Below, in pieces: positions 59,716-64,000 of a DNA stretch of 64,000 nt. The notes under the pieces were generated by a model that saw only the letters and a program-made list of their open reading frames with translations, ran no database searches and had not been told where the DNA came from. The position numbers were made by a program, and so were the translations under genes. Numbering within the stretch: the stretch's first letter is position 1; every line of letters starts with the position of its first letter. Source of the DNA: an uncultured Solirubrobacterales bacterium (GTDB lineage: Bacteria > Actinomycetota > Thermoleophilia > Solirubrobacterales > JBBDJG01); NCBI GenBank assembly GCA_963759145.1, contig CAVWYB010000017.1:14899-78898 (forward strand). The letters run 5' to 3'.

Positions 59716-60130
59716 CTATCCGAGTTTGTAGGTGACAAGGCCTTTGGCCACGAGCGACCCCTTTGCGTCAGTCACGTCGACTTCGCAGAAGCAGAGGCTC
59801 TTGCCCCGCCGGATCACGCGGGCATCCGCCGTGACCTCCTGGCCGCGGGCTGCCGCGACGAAGTCGACCGACAGTCCCACCGTCGTGCCGCGGAGCTCAC
59901 CTGCGGCGTCGTGCGCCGACCACGATGCCGCCATCGCGGCCGTATCGACGATCGAAGCTCAGCGCGCCGCCGTGCACCACGTCCCCAACCGTCGCAAGCT
60001 CTGAGCGGTAGGGCATGGCCAGCCGGGCGCGATCGGCCTCGATCGAATCGAGCCGCATGCCGAGGTGAAGGGCGAACGGGGAGTGGCGCAGGAACTGCGT
60101 GATGATCTCGGCTCCACTGGGCTGCGTCAT
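59716..60130 (-). CDS. PaaI family thioesterase; frameshifted
   Basis: SPFALHLG, VHGGA, TTVGLSVDF, RRGKSL. Confidence 0.88.
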
Positions 60131-60162
60131 CGGGGTCGGTTACGCTCGATGGGACGTGACAT

Positions 60163-60201
60163 ACATACAGCCGGTATCTAACATACATACTGTCTGAATG
60201 T
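60163..60201. promoter_or_regulatory. Tandem TetR-type operators
   Basis: ACATAC-AGCCG-GTATCT (60163-60179) and ACATAC-TGTCT-GAATGT (60185-60201), each one mismatch from the palindrome ACATAC-N5-GTATGT. Confidence 0.65.
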
Positions 60202-60782
60202 CAAGCAGGGCACAACAGTCGGAGGCGACGCGGCGGAAGTTGCTGCGCGTAGGCCGGGATCTCTTCGCGCGACGTGGTTACAACGACGTGTCCACGGAGG
60301 AGATCGTGCGCCGCGCGGGTGTCACGCGCGGCGCCCTCTATCACCACTTCCGCGACAAGCGCGACCTGTTCGCGGCGGTCGTCGAGGAGGTCGAGCGCGA
60401 GGTGATGGAGCGGGTGGCGCAGGTGGCGCTCCAGGAGACTGACGCCTGGGAGCAGCAGCGCGCTGCGATCGGCGCATTCCTCGACGTCTGCCTCGAGCCC
60501 GCCGTGCAACGGATCGTGCTCACCGACGCGCCCTCGGTGCTGGGACTCGCCGCCTGGCGCGAGATCGAGGCGAAGTACGGGCTCGCACTGGTGCAGGCCG
60601 GCATCCAGAGCGTGATGGACGCCGGCTACATCGAGAAGCAGCCGGTGGAGCCGCTCTCGCACCTCTTCCTCGGCGCGCTCACCGAGGGTGGCCTCGTGAT
60701 CGCACGGGCCGACAACCGCAAGCAGGCACGGCGCGAGGTGGGGGAGGGACTCGACCGGATCCTGCGTGGGCTGCGGAAGTAG
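60198..60782 (+). CDS. TetR-family regulator
   Basis: LFARRGY..EEIVRRAGVTRGALYHHFRDKRDLF. Confidence 0.95.
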   Translation: MSSRAQQSEATRRKLLRVGRDLFARRGYNDVSTEEIVRRAGVTRGALYHHFRDKRDLFAAVVEEVEREVMERVAQVALQETDAWEQQRAAIGAFLDVCLEPAVQRIVLTDAPSVLGLAAWREIEAKYGLALVQAGIQSVMDAGYIEKQPVEPLSHLFLGALTEGGLVIARADNRKQARREVGEGLDRILRGLRK

Positions 60783-61680
60783 CTACGCGTAGGTCTCGTC
60801 CAGGCCCGCCCACAGCTCGTGGTCGTGGCTCGGGATGATCAGCGCGTCGGGGTTCTCGCGGCGGTAGAGCTGGATCTCTCGGAGCGATCGCCGCCAGTTG
60901 TGCTCGTCGTGGAGGAAGTGGCCGCGGCGCTCGTGCTCGAGCGCATCGATGCTGTAGATCGCGTCCCCGGCGAGCAGCGCCTCGCGCTCGGCCAGCCGCA
61001 CGATCAGCGACTGGTGGCCGACGGAGTGGCCGGGCGTGTAGACGAGCCGGACCGAGCCGTCGCCGAACAGGTCGAACGACCGCCCGAACGTCGAATAGGA
61101 ATTCGTCAACCGCGTGTCGTAGACGACCTCCCGGTAGTCGACCGCATGCGCCGCCTGTTTGTGGATGTAGCCGTTGAGCGTCGCGCGACGGGCGTTGAAG
61201 GCGGCCCACTCGCCCTCGCCCAGCACGTAGGTCGCCTCGGTGAAGTCCGAGATCGCCGAGGCGTGGTCCATGTGCAGGTGCGTCATCACCACCACGCCGA
61301 TCTCGCTCGCCTCGGTGCCACGCTTGCGCAGCTGCGCGGCTGCGGCCTGCTCCGGCTTCATGTCGAAGTCGGTAGAAACGGCCGATCAGGCCGCCCATGT
61401 TCTGCTTCGGGTCCGTCGCGACCGACGCGTGCAGCCCCGTGTCGACGAGGATCTTGCCGACGCTCGGGTGCTCGATCAGGAACGCCGGCACCGGGATCCT
61501 CAGCCATTCTTCCTTCGGCGATGCGAATGCTCCGCCACGCCTTCCAGGCGCTCCCGTCCTGGCCATGAACTCGGCCGGCGAGAGCATGTACCCGGTGTTG
61601 ATCGGGTGGACCCGAACGGTCGCGCCCTCCTGCCCGCCGGGCAGGGGCTGCGTCAGCCGGCTTGCCTCCGCGAGCGCCAT
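60783..61680 (-). CDS. Metallo-beta-lactamase fold, N-acyl homoserine lactonase family; frameshifted
   Basis: LVDTG, THLHMDH, TPGHSVGH, AGD, PSHD. Confidence 0.85.
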
Positions 61681-61692
61681 CCTGGGCCGACC

Positions 61693-62157
61693 CTATTGCG
61701 CGCGCCGGTTCAGGACAACCTTGTTGATGCTCTTCGCAACCGTCTCGTCGCGCTGGTTCAGGACCGTGTTGTGGAAGGTCGCGAGCCCGAGGTTCTCGTC
61801 TCGCTCCTCCTTCTCCTTCAGCTCGACGTGCACGCGAATCGTGTCGCCGATCTTCGTCGGCAGGAAGAAGCGCACCTTTTCCATGCCGTAGAACGCGACG
61901 ATCGGTCCGGGCTGCATCGGCACCAGGCCCGCCGCGTACGAGAGCACGAGCATGCCGTGGGCGATGCGCTCGCCGAACATCGTCTTGGATGCCCACTCGG
62001 CATCCACGTGCAACGGATACGTGTCCCACGTGAGCGCGGCGAAGTTGACGATGTCCGCCTCCGTGATCGTGCGCCCCTTGGTCGTGAACGAGTCGCCCAC
62101 CTCGAGATCGTCGAAGTAGCGCGCGAACAGGTCTGGTGCTGTCGTTTCCAATGTCAT
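61693..62157 (-). CDS. MaoC-family dehydratase
   Basis: RTITEADIVNFA..D..PLHVD..FGERIAHG. Confidence 0.92.
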   Translation of the reverse strand: MTLETTAPDLFARYFDDLEVGDSFTTKGRTITEADIVNFAALTWDTYPLHVDAEWASKTMFGERIAHGMLVLSYAAGLVPMQPGPIVAFYGMEKVRFFLPTKIGDTIRVHVELKEKEERDENLGLATFHNTVLNQRDETVAKSINKVVLNRRAQ

Positions 62158-62632
62158 ATTCTGCAACCTCCACGATCGCCTCGACTTCCACCGGTATATC
62201 GAAAGGAAGCTCGCTCGCGCCGATCGCCGAACGCGCGTGGTGCCCGGCGTCGCCCCAGAGCTCGAGCACCAGATCGCTGAAACCGTTGATCACGCCGGGC
62301 GTCGCGCTGAAGCCGGGCGCGCAGTTGACCAGGCCCAGCAGCTTCACCCAGCCGGTCACCCGGTCGAGGTCACCGAGCTCCCGCTCCAGCGATGTGAGCA
62401 CCGACAGTGCCGTCAGGCGCGCCGCCTCGTAGCCCTCCTCCGGCGTGACCTCGGCGCCCACCTTGCCGCGCACGAGCACCTCCGAGCCGTCGAGCGGCCC
62501 GTGCCCCGAGACATATGCGTGCCCGCCGCTCACCCGCACGAGGTCGAACCGGAACTCGATCCCGGGCGGCGGCGTGAAGGGCGCCGGCAGCGAGAGCCCG
62601 AGCTCGGCGAGCCGGTCGGCGATCCGCCCCAT
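62154..62632 (-). CDS. RidA/YjgF-family protein
   Basis: YVSGHGP, VINGFSDL, HARSAIG..ELP..PVEVEA. Confidence 0.88.
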
Positions 62633-63596
62633 CTACCGGTTTCCCCAGCGGCGCAGCAGCCGCTCGGCGCCCTGGGCGAGGTCTCGCACGATCGTCTCCG
62701 CGGGCTGCAGCCTCTGCACGGCGCCGACCGACTGACCGGCGTAAAGCGCCATCGCGTCGATCCTGCCGGTGGCCGTGCGGCCCGGCGCGGGCGGCGCCAG
62801 CCGGGGAACCGGTTGGCGGTGACCGGCGTGCTCGATCTCGCCCGCGAACTCGTCTTCCAGGGCCTCGGCCGCCACGACGCTGGAACGCAGCACGCGGTGC
62901 GGTGCGTTCGGCCACATGTTCGAGAAGGTCTCCGTCAGGACCGTGTCCTCGGGACGTGCCTCCACCAGCGCTTCCGCATAGGAGGGGTGGACGTCGGCTT
63001 CCTCTGCGGCGAGGAACCGGGTGCCCACGCGGACCGCGTCGGCGCCGGCGGCAAGCGCCGCCGCCATGCCTCGCTCGGTGCCGACGCCGCCCGCGGCGAC
63101 GACCGGCACCTCGACGGCGTCGAGCACCTCGTCCAGCAGCGGCAGCAGCCCTGTCGTCCCGCGCACGTGACCGCCTGCCTCGACGCCCTGCGCGATCACG
63201 AAGTCACAGCCCGCGCTCTCCGCCGCGCGCGCCTCCTCGCCCGAGCCGGTTTGCCATGCGGCGAGCGCGCCGCCGGAACGCACGAGCCGCACGAGCTCCT
63301 CGTCCGGGTCACCGTAGAAGAACTCGACCACGCGGCGCTCGCCCGGCGGTCGCCTCCACCGCCTCGCGGTCCAGGAACGGCATCAGGAAGTTCACCCCCA
63401 CCGGACCGCCTGCCTCCAGGCGCGCCGTCTCGACCTCCTCGGCGAGCAGGTCCGCCGGCTGCATCACGCCGCCGATCATGCCGAGCCCGCCGGCACTCGC
63501 GACAGCCACGGCGAGCTCCCGGCGGGCGTTGCCCATACCCGCCTGCTGGATCGGCACCGCACAACCGACGAGCGCCGTGAAGCGGGTCTGGAGCAT
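62633..63596 (-). CDS. Nitronate monooxygenase family flavoprotein; frameshifted
   Basis: PIQQAGMG, AQGVEAGGH, VAAGG, VGTRFLA, YAGQSVG. Confidence 0.9.
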
Positions 63597-63615
63597 CAGC
63601 GCGCGTGGCCGCCGA

Positions 63616-64000
63616 CTAGCAGTACATCCCGCCGAACTGGCCGCCGGTGACGTTGATCACCTGGCCGTGGATGTAGTTCGCCGAGCGGCGACGCCAGGAA
63701 CAGGACCGGCCCGGCGGCCTCCTCCGGCTGCGCCGGACGTCCGAGCGGGATCACCATCGCCGCCATCGCGCGCATCTGCTCGGGCACCCCGATCGGCACT
63801 TCGGGGCCGCCCTCGCCCGCCTGGACGGTCTCGCCCTTCTCCTTTGCCTGGGTGAGGCGCGTCTCGACGAACCCGAAGGCGACCGCGTTCACGTTCACCT
63901 TGAACTGGCCCCATTCCTTCGCGAGCGTCTTCGTCAGGCCCGTGACGCCGGCCTTGCCCGAGGAGTAGTTCACCTGCCCGGCGTTCCCCATCGTGCCGGA
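63616..64000 (-). CDS. Short-chain dehydrogenase (FabG-like), 3' part only
   Basis: GNAGQVNYSSGK, NVNAVAFG, IPLGR; runs off the window edge. Confidence 0.85.

Noticed and set aside
61358-62632. 424-aa ORF suggesting a RidA-MaoC fusion
   Set aside because: MaoC is in a different frame with its own ATG; the extension is off-frame text, and a one-base error at an ATGA overlap is likely.

Overview
This is a high-GC actinobacterial-type chromosomal window. Gene content suggests Thermoleophilia/Solirubrobacterales (inference, not checked). It holds about 60 densely packed genes: surE-ligA, lipid and fatty-acid metabolism, a copper-protein triad after tRNA-Pro(CGG), sodA, lon, a split biotin cluster (bioB-bioF-bioD ... 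bioA), ABC transporters and glpK-plsC. Many genes are broken by single-base indels, mostly in homopolymers. This looks like uncorrected long-read error, so several gene boundaries are reconstructed and approximate. No CRISPR array, rRNA, integrase or transposase was seen. Two observations stand out. (1) An apparent in-frame fusion joins a pseudo-receiver/LuxR-HTH regulator, through a hydrophobic signal/TM segment, to a catalytically intact DacB/PBP4 D-Ala-D-Ala carboxypeptidase (2906-4687); it is a candidate one-component cell-wall or beta-lactam sensing regulator. (2) Three non-coding 225-330 bp intergenic elements share inverted termini (AAAACCGGC..GTAAGGGG-like) but have divergent interiors.
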